DNA of 40,682 nt from Microcystaceae cyanobacterium (GCA_041746575.1 JBGTGT010000107.1:1-40682), one strand, 5' to 3'. Positions 9,721-19,615 are shown, counted from the stretch's first letter. Notes: generated by a model from the sequence alone, not told the origin. Program-made: numbers and translations.

Positions 9721-11337
9721 TTAAGGAGTGGTTTTGATTGCTTCATTTAATTGTTCCTGTGTTAAGGATTTTATTAAATGAAGAGGCAGGGGATCTTTGC
9801 CTATTTTCTGGACAGCCGCATCCGTTAAATAAGGCTCGAATTCCTGTTGTTGATTTAAGTAAAGGTTAAAGAAAGCTAAACTAAGACTTTTGAGATAAGC
9901 ATAAGCTAAATCTCTTCCTTCTCCGACAATAAACTCAGGTAAATCACCACCCCCCGCTAAGAAAGATAAATGAGTACCATTTTTAACTAAAACCAAATAC
10001 TTATCCTCTTTATCAACATCAGCAAAAGGAGAAATTTGTTCTGGCAAAGGAGGAGCGAAAATATCCGCGCTTCCCGCAATGAACATCATGGGAACAGAAA
10101 TTTTATTAATACCTTGATTGCCAAAAGCAGGGTTGGTGACGGGATTAATAGCAATAACCGCTTTAACTCTGGAGTCTTGAAGATCTGCCAAAGGAGAAGC
10201 CTCTGTTATTCCTTGACATTGCCAAAGTAAGGCAGGATTTAAGTTAATTTGATTGGGATTATTCAACTTAGCACATTCTTTTAATAAATCATCCCATTGA
10301 ATATTAGCCCCACCGGTTGCAGTTGCTGTATATCCGCCCAATGACTGTCCCAAAATGCCCACATTATTGATGTCTAATTTACCTTGCCAATTAGCCTCAG
10401 ATTTCATTTTTTGTTCTAGGGTATCTAAAACTAGACTGACATCTTTAGGCTGATCCATCCAAGCATTAGGAGTGGGAAAGGTATCTAAACCTTGTAAGGC
10501 ATCTTTCATTCTTTGGGCATCACTTTCAGGAAAGTCAATTCCCGCTGTGGCAAAGCCATAAGAGGCCAAATGTTGGGCGACATACTGCAATGACTGAAAA
10601 TCAGAATTTAAGCCAGGCGTAATCACAATTAATGGAGCCGGTTTAGTCAAATTTTGGGGAAGATAAACAAAGACAGTTAGAGGCTCATCATTCGGACGAG
10701 GAATCATCAATGTTTCTGACGTCCAAGTTGTTTTACCTGCTTGCGATAAGTCAGATAAAGAAATTGAGGGAGTCGTTAATACTTCGGTAGCAGATTGACT
10801 ATCTAACCAAGCAAAAATGCGTTCGGTTGCTTGATATAATTGATCGGCTTCATGAATGGTATTGCGAAGGGTTTCTAAATTAAGAGCTAAGGTCGGACTA
10901 TTATAATTTTTGATAACATCGATGATTTTAAATCCATTAGAATTTGCCGATGCTAACAGTATCGCACCTTGTAAAAAAGATTGACTTTGCTCGGGTGGAC
11001 TATTAATCGCTAGACTCAGTTGCCTAACCAGTTCTTTACCAAAATTAGTATTAAAAAACTCAAACGCTTCTACTTCACTTAAAGGAAAAGATTTATTGAG
11101 TAAAGAACGGAATTTTGCCAATTCTTCGGGACTGAAGTGTTTAGCATAAAAAGCAAAATCGGAGGTGATTTTACCTTCTTGAGCAAACATAGCTAAACTA
11201 TCCACAGAAATATCAAATGTTCCTAGCGGTGCTATCGAAAATGTGATTTTTTCTGCTGCTAATGTGGGAAAAGATGGCAACAGGGAAAAGAGTCCTACTC
11301 CTACAATAAGCCCTAATTTTTGACATAAATTTAGCAT
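9721..11337 (-). CDS. DUF1400 alpha/beta hydrolase
   Basis: AAEKI...ISVDSL..FA.EG N-terminal domain; nucleophile GQSLGG; GTHLSF catalytic His; signal peptide. Confidence 0.9.
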   Translation of the reverse strand: MLNLCQKLGLIVGVGLFSLLPSFPTLAAEKITFSIAPLGTFDISVDSLAMFAQEGKITSDFAFYAKHFSPEELAKFRSLLNKSFPLSEVEAFEFFNTNFGKELVRQLSLAINSPPEQSQSFLQGAILLASANSNGFKIIDVIKNYNSPTLALNLETLRNTIHEADQLYQATERIFAWLDSQSATEVLTTPSISLSDLSQAGKTTWTSETLMIPRPNDEPLTVFVYLPQNLTKPAPLIVITPGLNSDFQSLQYVAQHLASYGFATAGIDFPESDAQRMKDALQGLDTFPTPNAWMDQPKDVSLVLDTLEQKMKSEANWQGKLDINNVGILGQSLGGYTATATGGANIQWDDLLKECAKLNNPNQINLNPALLWQCQGITEASPLADLQDSRVKAVIAINPVTNPAFGNQGINKISVPMMFIAGSADIFAPPLPEQISPFADVDKEDKYLVLVKNGTHLSFLAGGGDLPEFIVGEGRDLAYAYLKSLSLAFFNLYLNQQQEFEPYLTDAAVQKIGKDPLPLHLIKSLTQEQLNEAIKTTP

Positions 11338-11381
11338 ACAATACCTATAATTTGACCGCTTAAAATAAACATTGTTAACAA

Positions 11382-11717
11382 TTAAAACTGCATTTCTGCT
11401 TCTTCATCAGCCGGCTGATAAGGCAAGTTATCATCTAGTCCAAGGGATTCGCCAGGCCCAGGTGCATCTTCTATATTGGGGGAAACATGGTCTATTTCAT
11501 CATTGATCCCCCCTTGTTCCAAGTTTCTTTCATTTTGTCTATTAATGTTGAGTTGTTGCTCAAGTTGTTGCTCTCTTTGGTCAAGCGTTTGTTCTTCCTG
11601 TTTTTCTTCTTGTTCGTCGAGTGCTTGAGCCTGGGTTGGCGAAGACTGTCCTGTTAAAACGAGGATTGAGAAGATTAAAGGGGTTAGGGCGATAAAATAA
11701 TCAGGGCTTCTTTTCAT
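11382..11717 (-). CDS. Small exported acidic Q/E-rich protein
   Basis: Signal peptide ending TQA-Q; EQQLEQQLNI motif shared with 6145..6516. Confidence 0.7.
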   Translation of the reverse strand: MKRSPDYFIALTPLIFSILVLTGQSSPTQAQALDEQEEKQEEQTLDQREQQLEQQLNINRQNERNLEQGGINDEIDHVSPNIEDAPGPGESLGLDDNLPYQPADEEAEMQF

Positions 11718-11778
11718 GGCAATTTCTTAGTTTGGATGACAGAGTTAATAAAGCGCATTCGTTTTCGATAAAAAGTGG

Positions 11779-12834
11779 TTAGGGTTTAAATGAAAAGATT
11801 TGCTTCCAATCGTTTTTCATACTAATAATAAGCCAATTCTGCCGCTTCGCTTCGTCGTAGAGTGCCTGAGTGAAGGTGCCAATCCGAGTATCAGGTAGCC
11901 CTGTCGCGGGTCCGTAGGCATATTCCCGTTCCGCATCATCGTGTAATACGAGCATCGACAGCCTCATGCCGTCACCCGCTTTGGTGTATTCCAGCATCTG
12001 GCGATCGCCAGTAGAGTTACCGAAGGCAATATAGGGACGACGACCAATCATCAGGTGGATATTCTCTGGTTTGCCCGCATTGTTGTCGTTAAGCAAAAGT
12101 TTAGGCTCTTTGGTCAGGAACGGCTGACCATCCTTGTCGTAGCCGTACTTAGTCTCCCCAGCACTGCCGACGACTTGCTCAAGGGAGATGCCATAGACAC
12201 GCTCGGAATAGAGGCGCACGAAATCCTGTCCTCCACCAGTAACTATATAGGTTTTGTAGCCCTTGACTCTCAGATATTCCAGCACTTCCTGCATCGGCAA
12301 ATAGGTGAGTTCGGTGTAGGTTTTCTGCCAACGGGGATGTTTAGCCGTTGCGAGCCACTTTTGGGCTTCGGTGTTGTATTCATCCACTGACATACCCGTG
12401 AGGGTAGCGGCGAGAATCTTCTCTAAATCTGGTAGCGAGAGTTGGGCGATCGCTTCACGATTGCCTGACAATACCGTCTTGAATGGCTCGACGTTGGCAA
12501 GCTCCGGTTTCGCCTTAACGACTGCTGGCACTCGCTCTAGAGCATAGATCAATTGGGTGTACAGAGGATGTTCAACCCAGAGTGTCCCATCTTGATCGAA
12601 GGTGGCAATGCGATCTTCGGGTTTGACGTACTTTGGGCTAGATTTGTCGGTCGTCACTTGCACAAACTCAATAATTGCGCTTTTCGCTGCTCCATCATTC
12701 CAAGAGGAAAGAGGCGCGGTTGATTGCGATGACTGGGCAGTTAATTTCCCGAAGTTGAGGTAACCACCCAGAAATATAACCAGCAAAAGCGTTGACAGGG
12801 CAAGCAAAAGGGTCTTGAGCGAGAACTTCTTCAT
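11779..12834 (-). CDS. Exported HAD-family hydrolase (nonspecific acid phosphatase type)
   Basis: HAD motif I FDQDGTLW, VTGGG, GK and FGNSTGD; LSSWNDG N-terminus; signal peptide. Confidence 0.92.
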   Translation of the reverse strand: MKKFSLKTLLLALSTLLLVIFLGGYLNFGKLTAQSSQSTAPLSSWNDGAAKSAIIEFVQVTTDKSSPKYVKPEDRIATFDQDGTLWVEHPLYTQLIYALERVPAVVKAKPELANVEPFKTVLSGNREAIAQLSLPDLEKILAATLTGMSVDEYNTEAQKWLATAKHPRWQKTYTELTYLPMQEVLEYLRVKGYKTYIVTGGGQDFVRLYSERVYGISLEQVVGSAGETKYGYDKDGQPFLTKEPKLLLNDNNAGKPENIHLMIGRRPYIAFGNSTGDRQMLEYTKAGDGMRLSMLVLHDDAEREYAYGPATGLPDTRIGTFTQALYDEAKRQNWLIISMKNDWKQIFSFKP

Positions 12835-12955
12835 CCTTTGATTCTTAGCTCCGAATTTTAAGATTTAATTTTCCTCAGTACCTGCCGAGATTCAGAGCTT
12901 TTTCCTCGCAGTTCCGAAATCGCTGGGATGATAGATGCTCACGAAGTGGAAGGAA

Positions 12956-13003
12956 GAGGAAAAGGTTTTTATCGTTGGCGATCAGATCGGTTGCCTTTTC
13001 CTC
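12956..13003 (-). other. Stem-loop just downstream of the sulfatase stop codon
   Basis: GAGGAAAAGG (12956-12965) pairs with CCTTTTCCTC (12994-13003). Confidence 0.55.
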
Positions 13004-13024
13004 CCATCAAGAACTGGGCGAGCA

Positions 13025-14515
13025 TTAACGGCTTCCTGCACCTTGTTGAAGTTTTTCCAAGACTTGATCAATGGTAAAACTCGCCGCCTTTTGACGAGGA
13101 GGATATTCTACAAATGTCTGCAAGAAATCCCCCACGAATTTCTGCGCGGGAAGAAACAGATAGAGGTGTTCGACTACCCAATCCCAGTAAGTATTGGAAG
13201 TGATATCTGCCCGTTCGTAGGGGTCAGTACGGAGGTTAAACAATTTGGGAAAGCGTAAATTAACTAATGGCTCTTGCCAGATGCGAAGGGTTCCTGCCAC
13301 TCGCTGTTCCATAAAGACAAGCTTCCAGTTATCGTAGCGCATCGCCATCAGGTCGCCGTCATCGGAGAAGTAGAAAAACTCCACGCGGGGACTCTTATCC
13401 ACTTCACCCTTAAAGTACGGTAAAAGATTGTAGCCATCGAGGTGAACTTTAAAGGTCTTTTCCCCTACTTGATGTCCTTTCAGCAGTTTTTCTTTGATAT
13501 CGGTTTCTCCGGCTGCTGCCAATAGGGTTGGCAACCAATCCAGATTACTGACAATTTCATTAGATACCATACCCGGTTTAATCACCCCCGGCCAGCGAAC
13601 GAAGCAAGGAACTCGGAAGGCTCCCTCCCAGTTAGAATCCTTCTCATTGCGAAAGGGAGTCATACCACCATCGGGCCAAGAGTTCATGTGAGGTCCATTG
13701 TCCGTACCATAAATAACAATGGTATTGTCGGCGATTCCTAAGTCATCCAATTTTTGGAGTACAGCACCGACAATTTTATCATGATCGATCATGACATCAT
13801 GGTATTCTGACTGCCAACGTCCCGACTGTCCTAAACTTTCCGGTTTAGCATGGGTGCGGAAGTGCATATGGGAGGTGTTGAACCAGAGGAAAAAGGGATT
13901 GTCTTCTGCTGCTTTGCGGTCTAGCCATTCTGAGGTTGCCTCAAAAATCTCATCATCGATGGTCTCCATCCGCTTTTTAGTCAAAGGGCCGGTGTCTTCA
14001 ATGCGACCATCTGCATAAGAACGTAGTACGCCACGAGGGGCAAAGTGTTCGCGGAAATTGGGGAAATCCTTTTCGGGGGGATAATCCCGTAATTCTGGTT
14101 CTTCACAAGCATTCAAATGATACAAGAAGCCAAAAAATTCATCAAAACCATGATTGGTTGGCAAAAATTTATCTTTATCCCCAAAATGATTTTTACCAAA
14201 TTGACCCGTTGCGTAACCCAAAGGTTTCAAGAGTTCTGCTATAGTGGGATCTCCTGCCTGTAGTCCAATATCCGCACCCGGCATTCCCACTTTACTCAAG
14301 CCTGTACGAAAGACCGATTGCCCCGTCATAAAAGCCGATCGCCCGGCGGTGCAACTCTGCTCACCATAATAGTCGGTAAAAAGCATTCCTTCTTCAGCGA
14401 TGCGATCAATATTCGGCGTGCGGTAACCCATCATTCCCTTGGTGAAAATGCTGAGGTTGGCAGTACCAATGTCATCGCCCCAAATTACCACAATGTTCGG
14501 TTTTTTAGCGGCCAT
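13025..14515 (-). CDS. Arylsulfatase (Cys-type, CxAxR), no signal peptide
   Basis: KPNIVVIWGDDIG, SCTAGRSAFMTG, GKNHFG and TDNG sulfatase motifs. Confidence 0.95.
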   Translation of the reverse strand: MAAKKPNIVVIWGDDIGTANLSIFTKGMMGYRTPNIDRIAEEGMLFTDYYGEQSCTAGRSAFMTGQSVFRTGLSKVGMPGADIGLQAGDPTIAELLKPLGYATGQFGKNHFGDKDKFLPTNHGFDEFFGFLYHLNACEEPELRDYPPEKDFPNFREHFAPRGVLRSYADGRIEDTGPLTKKRMETIDDEIFEATSEWLDRKAAEDNPFFLWFNTSHMHFRTHAKPESLGQSGRWQSEYHDVMIDHDKIVGAVLQKLDDLGIADNTIVIYGTDNGPHMNSWPDGGMTPFRNEKDSNWEGAFRVPCFVRWPGVIKPGMVSNEIVSNLDWLPTLLAAAGETDIKEKLLKGHQVGEKTFKVHLDGYNLLPYFKGEVDKSPRVEFFYFSDDGDLMAMRYDNWKLVFMEQRVAGTLRIWQEPLVNLRFPKLFNLRTDPYERADITSNTYWDWVVEHLYLFLPAQKFVGDFLQTFVEYPPRQKAASFTIDQVLEKLQQGAGSR

Positions 14516-14595
14516 TTTTCGTTCTCCTTAGCGTTGGATATGAAAGAGAAATATTGATTTTCTGAAATTATTGGCAATTAGTTGTTTTCAGATCT

Positions 14596-14633
14596 AAACT
14601 ATAGAGTATTTGCTTGCAAATACTCTATAGTTT
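14596..14633. repeat. Perfect 18-bp inverted repeat (2-nt loop), intergenic
   Basis: AAACTATAGAGTATTTGC-TT-GCAAATACTCTATAGTTT. Confidence 0.85.
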
Positions 14634-14736
14634 TAATATTTCTTTAGCTTTTTGTGCAAAAGTAATTCCACAATTACCACAGACTTAACGAGGTTAAGAT
14701 GATGAATTCTTTTGAAGGAGGCTGATTCTTCATCAA

Positions 14737-15591
14737 TCAAGTTTGAGGGGTTAACTTGCGCTTAATCCAGAGGGAGTAGAAAACACCGAGTACGGCTCCT
14801 ATCATCAAATAAGCGATCAAGGTGGGTATGACCTGCTGTTGTACGTCATTTAAAACGGCAATAAACAACGCTAAACCGATATTACGAGCAATACAGGAAA
14901 TCGCTAAGATAGAACGCTTATCCTCATCGGGACCGCCTAATGCGTGTCCGATCACCAGAGAGACAATCACCATAAGCGTAATTACAATTAATGGCAATCC
15001 CCAAACTTTGAATAACAAAGGAATCCCGATGATACAAGCGATAACGACCAACACCAAAAAGAGAACATTCGCTATAAGATTTAAAGGTTGAGCCAACTTT
15101 TCAGCAAATTGAGTCCCGTATTTTTGGAGCAGAAGACCGAGGGTGACGGGTAAAAACTGCACCATCGTCACCTGTTTGGCCACTTCTAACAAGGTAATTT
15201 TGTCTGAAAGACCTTCAAATTGGCTGGCGAAAATCCCTAAAGTTAGCGGCGTAAGGAAGACAGCTAGTAAGGCGAGGGTTAGCTGAAGGCTGGCTGAGTA
15301 GCGAAATCTGGCTCCTGCCATTTGCGATCGCTTTGTGGATAGAGGCGCACCGGGAGAAGCGGCTAAGAAGGCTAATCCCGTTATCACTCCAGAGGGTAAG
15401 TCAAACAGTTTGAGCAGGAGAATAACCGCTAAAGGCACTAGCACTACAACGGCTAGAAGCGCACGGAAGAGCAACGCGGGTTGTTGCCAAAGGGAACGCA
15501 TTTTCTCAAAAGAGAGATTGATCCCGATAGACAACATCAAAACAAAAATCGTAACTTTGACCAGTATGATCAGCAAAGGATGGTGTGCCAT
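14737..15591 (-). CDS. Bile acid:sodium symporter (BASS) family transporter
   Basis: MLSIG, LAASPGAP, GHALGGP and ARNIGLAL motifs; about 9 TM segments. Confidence 0.88.
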   Translation of the reverse strand: MAHHPLLIILVKVTIFVLMLSIGINLSFEKMRSLWQQPALLFRALLAVVVLVPLAVILLLKLFDLPSGVITGLAFLAASPGAPLSTKRSQMAGARFRYSASLQLTLALLAVFLTPLTLGIFASQFEGLSDKITLLEVAKQVTMVQFLPVTLGLLLQKYGTQFAEKLAQPLNLIANVLFLVLVVIACIIGIPLLFKVWGLPLIVITLMVIVSLVIGHALGGPDEDKRSILAISCIARNIGLALFIAVLNDVQQQVIPTLIAYLMIGAVLGVFYSLWIKRKLTPQT

Positions 15592-15609
15592 AGCTTTAAA
15601 ATTTAATAA

Positions 15610-16947
15610 CTACGAAATTTGCTTGACAGGAGGGGGACACCACTTTTTGTCCAATACGGCGGTTTTAGGTGAATAGAGTCTCATAATTAAGTTAAAGCTA
15701 TCTGATGGTGAGGGAAGCCAATTGGATTCTTGATTTTTGTCTGGTGACTCGTGTTGAATATAAATATCAAGCGAACCATCGTCATTGAAGGACAAATGGT
15801 CGCGATCACCAATTGCATAACGGTTAAGGGGATTATCGACAAAAAACTGTTGGTTATTGTACATCGTAATTGACCAGAAGGCATTCACAGGCGGAATCTC
15901 ATTGGGTTCAAAATGAATTACATAGCGATGTTCACCCGTTAACAGGTTGCCTTCCTCATCGACTCTGATCATCGGATAAATGGCATCTTCAGGCAAATTT
16001 GCCCCTAATCCTACCCAAGCAACACCCGCACGGTGCAGATAATTCGTCCCGTAGTTTCCCAAGTCGTATGTCATCAACCAATGGTTTTTCACCTCTGCTT
16101 TCGGACTCTTGCCATCGGCAACCACTTTTTCCTGTCCTGCCTTGACACTGCGCTCAAGTCCTTTGACGACGGCTGGATCAAGTGACTGAAAATTAAAGTC
16201 TTCTCCTTGCATAATGCCAATTTCTGCCAATTTCTGCACCATTTCCTTGTCTTCAGGGGCAGGAGGGTTATCTTTCATCAGAGTACTCATCCGACTGAAG
16301 AAGGTTGCGGCATCAAGGTTTTTGACCTGTTCGACGGGGGCAGTCTGAGGGTCAATTCCCTCAGCAATCGGGACATTTGTCGGCGGTTGATAGGTTTTGC
16401 CCCATTGACTCAACGGTGTTAGCTGATATTGGTCTTGGATGGCGTGAACCGCCTCATAATCTGCCTTTCCGTTGGTCTGAGTCCGTCCGATTAGCCAGAC
16501 GATAGCAGTCGGAGACTGGATTTTTTGTACCCCATCAGGCAGTTTTCCTGTCCAATCGGGTGCCACAATCGCAAAATCGCCTTTTCCGGTTCCTGTGGTT
16601 CGTTTACCGGGGGAAGCAAAAACGTTTGTCCACGCATCCAGCATCGGCATTAGATAGTAACGTCCCTTCGTATCGGGAACGCTCAAAACCATGGGTTCAG
16701 AAGAAAGATCGAGCCAAGCGGCGGAATAGAGGGTATCCGCATTGGGACTCACCACAGCCGTAAAGGAGGCATCAGGAAAGGCTCTCAAATGGGCAAACTG
16801 ATTAATGGGGGCTTTAAAACCTTGCGGAGCGGACACCGTCGTAGAAAGAGCTTTGGTGATATCCATCAAGATCAGGGGATAGCCGTAGATATAGGCTTCA
16901 ATCCCTAATTGGAAGGCTTGGTCTTCTGAAAGTGCAATCGTTGTCAT
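15610..16947 (-). CDS. DUF1254/DUF1214 domain protein lacking a signal peptide
   Basis: AYIYGYPL, PNADTLYS, DAWTNVF, PPVNAFWSITMY and NWLPSP...MRLYSP motifs. Confidence 0.93.
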   Translation of the reverse strand: MTTIALSEDQAFQLGIEAYIYGYPLILMDITKALSTTVSAPQGFKAPINQFAHLRAFPDASFTAVVSPNADTLYSAAWLDLSSEPMVLSVPDTKGRYYLMPMLDAWTNVFASPGKRTTGTGKGDFAIVAPDWTGKLPDGVQKIQSPTAIVWLIGRTQTNGKADYEAVHAIQDQYQLTPLSQWGKTYQPPTNVPIAEGIDPQTAPVEQVKNLDAATFFSRMSTLMKDNPPAPEDKEMVQKLAEIGIMQGEDFNFQSLDPAVVKGLERSVKAGQEKVVADGKSPKAEVKNHWLMTYDLGNYGTNYLHRAGVAWVGLGANLPEDAIYPMIRVDEEGNLLTGEHRYVIHFEPNEIPPVNAFWSITMYNNQQFFVDNPLNRYAIGDRDHLSFNDDGSLDIYIQHESPDKNQESNWLPSPSDSFNLIMRLYSPKTAVLDKKWCPPPVKQIS

Positions 16948-17007
16948 AAAACCTCATGTGTTTTTAATTTAAAAAGAATAATCTACTGTCATGACGGGTT
17001 GATAGAT

Positions 17008-17445
17008 TTAAAAATTGAGAGACTTAACGACTACCCCTATAAAACTCACTAAACCAATAATTAGCAAAGCTACCGCCACAATTTCCACACCGTGGGAAGT
17101 TATATAGGTATAGCGATCGCTTTCAATTTGTTTGAGTAACTGACGGTATTCCCTCAACCCTAACGCCATTCCTAACATCCCTGTGCCAATAAAAGCTAAG
17201 CCCACAATGACTGAAAATCTTATGGGATTAAGATGAGGGCTCAGATGAGTCGCTTCAATTGCTTTAACAATGGTGGGAATCCCGAAGCCAAAACCAATTA
17301 AGGATAGAGCGGTGCGTATCCAAGCCATCAGGGTGCGCTCTGCTGCTGCCCGACTGCGGTATTTCGCCAGTTCGGTACGATCTGCCGCTAAATCATTGTT
17401 TGAAAGCGGTTTAGGGGGTTCGGGATCAATGGGGGACTGATTCAT
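17008..17445 (-). CDS. YidH/DUF202 family membrane protein
   Basis: AAERTLMAWIRTALSLIGFGF signature. Confidence 0.9.
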   Translation of the reverse strand: MNQSPIDPEPPKPLSNNDLAADRTELAKYRSRAAAERTLMAWIRTALSLIGFGFGIPTIVKAIEATHLSPHLNPIRFSVIVGLAFIGTGMLGMALGLREYRQLLKQIESDRYTYITSHGVEIVAVALLIIGLVSFIGVVVKSLNF

Positions 17446-17487
17446 GAGCAGTTACGCATTTAATTTTTATCGTTTAAGAAAAAGAAA

Positions 17488-18174
17488 TTAAGGAGCAGGA
17501 ACAACTCGATAGTACACCCCATTTGCCCCATAAGAGGGACTAAACCAGGTTGCACCACACCGATACAAACTTGCGCCATTGACAGATTGATAAATACATC
17601 CTTCTGGTAAGCTTGAGTAAATTGCACCGACAGCGTAGGCACTTCCTGCCGCTACTCCTGCTTCGTAAGCATTGGCGGTATTCGCTTGCGCACTTGCTGC
17701 TCCAATCGCCGCTCCTGCTGCGGCTGCACCTGCAACTCCCCAGCCGCCACAATTGTAGCAACCCGCTCCATAATAGCTGTTAACGACGGTAGGAGGATGA
17801 TAAGTGCCGTAAGCCCCCCCATAATAGGCGTGATAACCGCTACCGTAAACAGACGTACCGTAGGCACTCGTTCCATGCCAAGAGCCATCCCCACCCGATG
17901 CTGTGCCGCCACGATAGCCTGTGCCACTCCAAGAGCCATCTCCTCCCGATGCGGTACTACCTCGGAAACCGGTGCCACTCCAAGAGCCATTGCCCCCTGA
18001 GGCACTGCCGCCGCGATAGCCGGAAGCACTCCAAGATCCGCCTCCACCTGATGCGGTACCGCGATAGCCAGTATGACTCCAAGACCCCCCTCCTGCGCGC
18101 ATCCAAGCCATTACAGGATAACAAGAGAGCGTTGTCAAAAGAAGACTAGCAAAACCGATAACGAGCGTTTTCAT
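17488..18174 (-). CDS. Exported Gly/Ser-rich repeat protein with C-terminal Cys-containing domain (DUF6515-like)
   Basis: Signal peptide; tandem GxGSWSxTGYRGxTASG repeats; C-terminal SLPEGC...YRCGATWFSPSYG...YRVVPAP. Confidence 0.8.
   Translation of the reverse strand: MKTLVIGFASLLLTTLSCYPVMAWMRAGGGSWSHTGYRGTASGGGGSWSASGYRGGSASGGNGSWSGTGFRGSTASGGDGSWSGTGYRGGTASGGDGSWHGTSAYGTSVYGSGYHAYYGGAYGTYHPPTVVNSYYGAGCYNCGGWGVAGAAAAGAAIGAASAQANTANAYEAGVAAGSAYAVGAIYSSLPEGCIYQSVNGASLYRCGATWFSPSYGANGVYYRVVPAP
17842..18093 (-). repeat. Five ~51-bp intragenic tandem repeats
   Basis: GGGSWSHTGYRG-TASG / GGGSWSASGYRGGSASG / GNGSWSGTGFRGSTASG / GDGSWSGTGYRGGTASG / GDGSWHGTSAYGTSVYG. Confidence 0.85.
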
Positions 18175-18207
18175 GATTAAATTCTCCTTAATCAGACTAG
18201 GTAAAAA

Positions 18208-19008
18208 TTATTGCTCTTTTTGAGGTGAATTAGGGGTAATCGTCGGTTCAGGACGAGCAAAAGGAATAGGAATCGCTTCCGGGAGAGGGGGTGAAGTAAA
18301 GGTATTTTCGGAAACAGGAACATTCAGTTGCCATTGCTCAAAATCGACTTGATGGCGTAAACGAGAGGGATCATCCTTATAGACAGCCCGAATTCGACGA
18401 GGTAGCTTATCTTCAGCCCCAATCCAAATTTGAGCAAATACGTGATCGTTAACTACCACCACAATATCGGTTTTTGTTCCGCCGACTACCTGAGATTGAC
18501 CCATCACAAAGGCCGTTTTCAGCCCCTCAGCCATATCCTGATAAGGATTATCAACGACAATATCGGTAAAAGGAAAATAAATATCGGCAGATTCATAAAT
18601 TTTTTGCAGGGTTGCATCGATTGTGGTTGGGGCAGGAAGGGTAGCGACAAAATTCTCTGCGGGAGAATAAGCCGTTATCGTCTTACCATTGTAATAAAAT
18701 TGCTGAGCGGGTCCATCTCCCGACGTAATCACCCGTAATTGGTTAGGACGCTTCAATGTGACTTCAGATGTCGTTGTATAAACTAAAGGAGGGCCAATCC
18801 GACTGGGACTTTCATAGCTCGTTATAGTAGTAAATTTCAGTGAACGAGCAGATGTTAAGCGATCGCTCATGGCTTTGAGGAGGGCGACGGCTTGGGGTTC
18901 AATTTCGGACTTGGTTTCGGATGGGGTTTGAGCCGTTACGGTTTGAGCAAGTCCCAGTAAACTCAGACTAATAAGGGGTAATAAAAGGCGTTTTTTAAAG
19001 GAAAACAT
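18208..19008 (-). CDS. DUF2092 domain periplasmic protein (LolA-like fold inferred)
   Basis: LLKAMSDRL, KRPNQLRV...GD, YYNGKT and QIWIGAEDKLPRRI motifs. ATG 19008 preferred because 19062 overlaps the Uma2 gene. Confidence 0.88.
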   Translation of the reverse strand: MFSFKKRLLLPLISLSLLGLAQTVTAQTPSETKSEIEPQAVALLKAMSDRLTSARSLKFTTITSYESPSRIGPPLVYTTTSEVTLKRPNQLRVITSGDGPAQQFYYNGKTITAYSPAENFVATLPAPTTIDATLQKIYESADIYFPFTDIVVDNPYQDMAEGLKTAFVMGQSQVVGGTKTDIVVVVNDHVFAQIWIGAEDKLPRRIRAVYKDDPSRLRHQVDFEQWQLNVPVSENTFTSPPLPEAIPIPFARPEPTITPNSPQKEQ

Positions 19009-19045
19009 CGGTAAATAGATAATAAATCTCAATAATAATGACAAT

Positions 19046-19582
19046 CTAACTAAATAGCTCACTCAATAACCAGCAAAAGCCCAATAAAACCTTTTGGGTA
19101 CCGACTTCATCGGGGCTAGAAAAAGCTAAGGTTTGAGTTTCAGTCAGGATTAAGAGGCGGCTACTTTCCGGAAAAATTAACCAAACTTCTAAACAACCTG
19201 AGGCTAGATATTCATCAACTTTAGCAAATAAATCTTCGGCCGCATCAGTTGGGGAAGCAATTTCGGCAATCAGAGGCGGACTTTGGGGTAAAGTGGCATT
19301 ATTGCCAAACTTTTCTACTAATTCGGGAGTTAAATAACAGACATCGGGACGACGACCTTGACGAAGCGTAGCACAGGGCAATTCTACATAGACTTCGCCT
19401 CCCTGTCCTGATTCTAGAAGATACCTTTTCCAATAGTAGGCTAAATTTGCTTGAATTTTGCTGTGTTTAATTGTCATACCTGTTTTTTCGACTATATTGC
19501 CGTCGATCCACTCTTTTCCCTCTGGTGGATTAGCGATGAAATCTTCTAGGGTTAAACCTTCTTTGTCTAGGGTGATTGTCAT
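19046..19582 (-). CDS. Uma2 family (DUF820) putative endonuclease
   Basis: EWIDG, HSKIQ, RRPDV, IAEIASP and KVDEYLASGCLEVWLIFP motifs. Confidence 0.92.
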   Translation of the reverse strand: MTITLDKEGLTLEDFIANPPEGKEWIDGNIVEKTGMTIKHSKIQANLAYYWKRYLLESGQGGEVYVELPCATLRQGRRPDVCYLTPELVEKFGNNATLPQSPPLIAEIASPTDAAEDLFAKVDEYLASGCLEVWLIFPESSRLLILTETQTLAFSSPDEVGTQKVLLGFCWLLSELFS

Positions 19583-19615
19583 GACTTTAACGTTTTTTAG
19601 CTAAGTAGTGGGGTG

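Noticed and set aside
17842..18093. Tandem repeats as a CRISPR array
   Set aside because: The repeats are degenerate, in-frame and coding, with no unique spacers and no cas genes. No CRISPR array was seen in the window.
17540..18149. Alternative-frame ORFs with repeats (17652..18047, 17686..18000, 17898..18149, 17540..17761)
   Set aside because: They are shadows of the GC-rich Gly-repeat gene.
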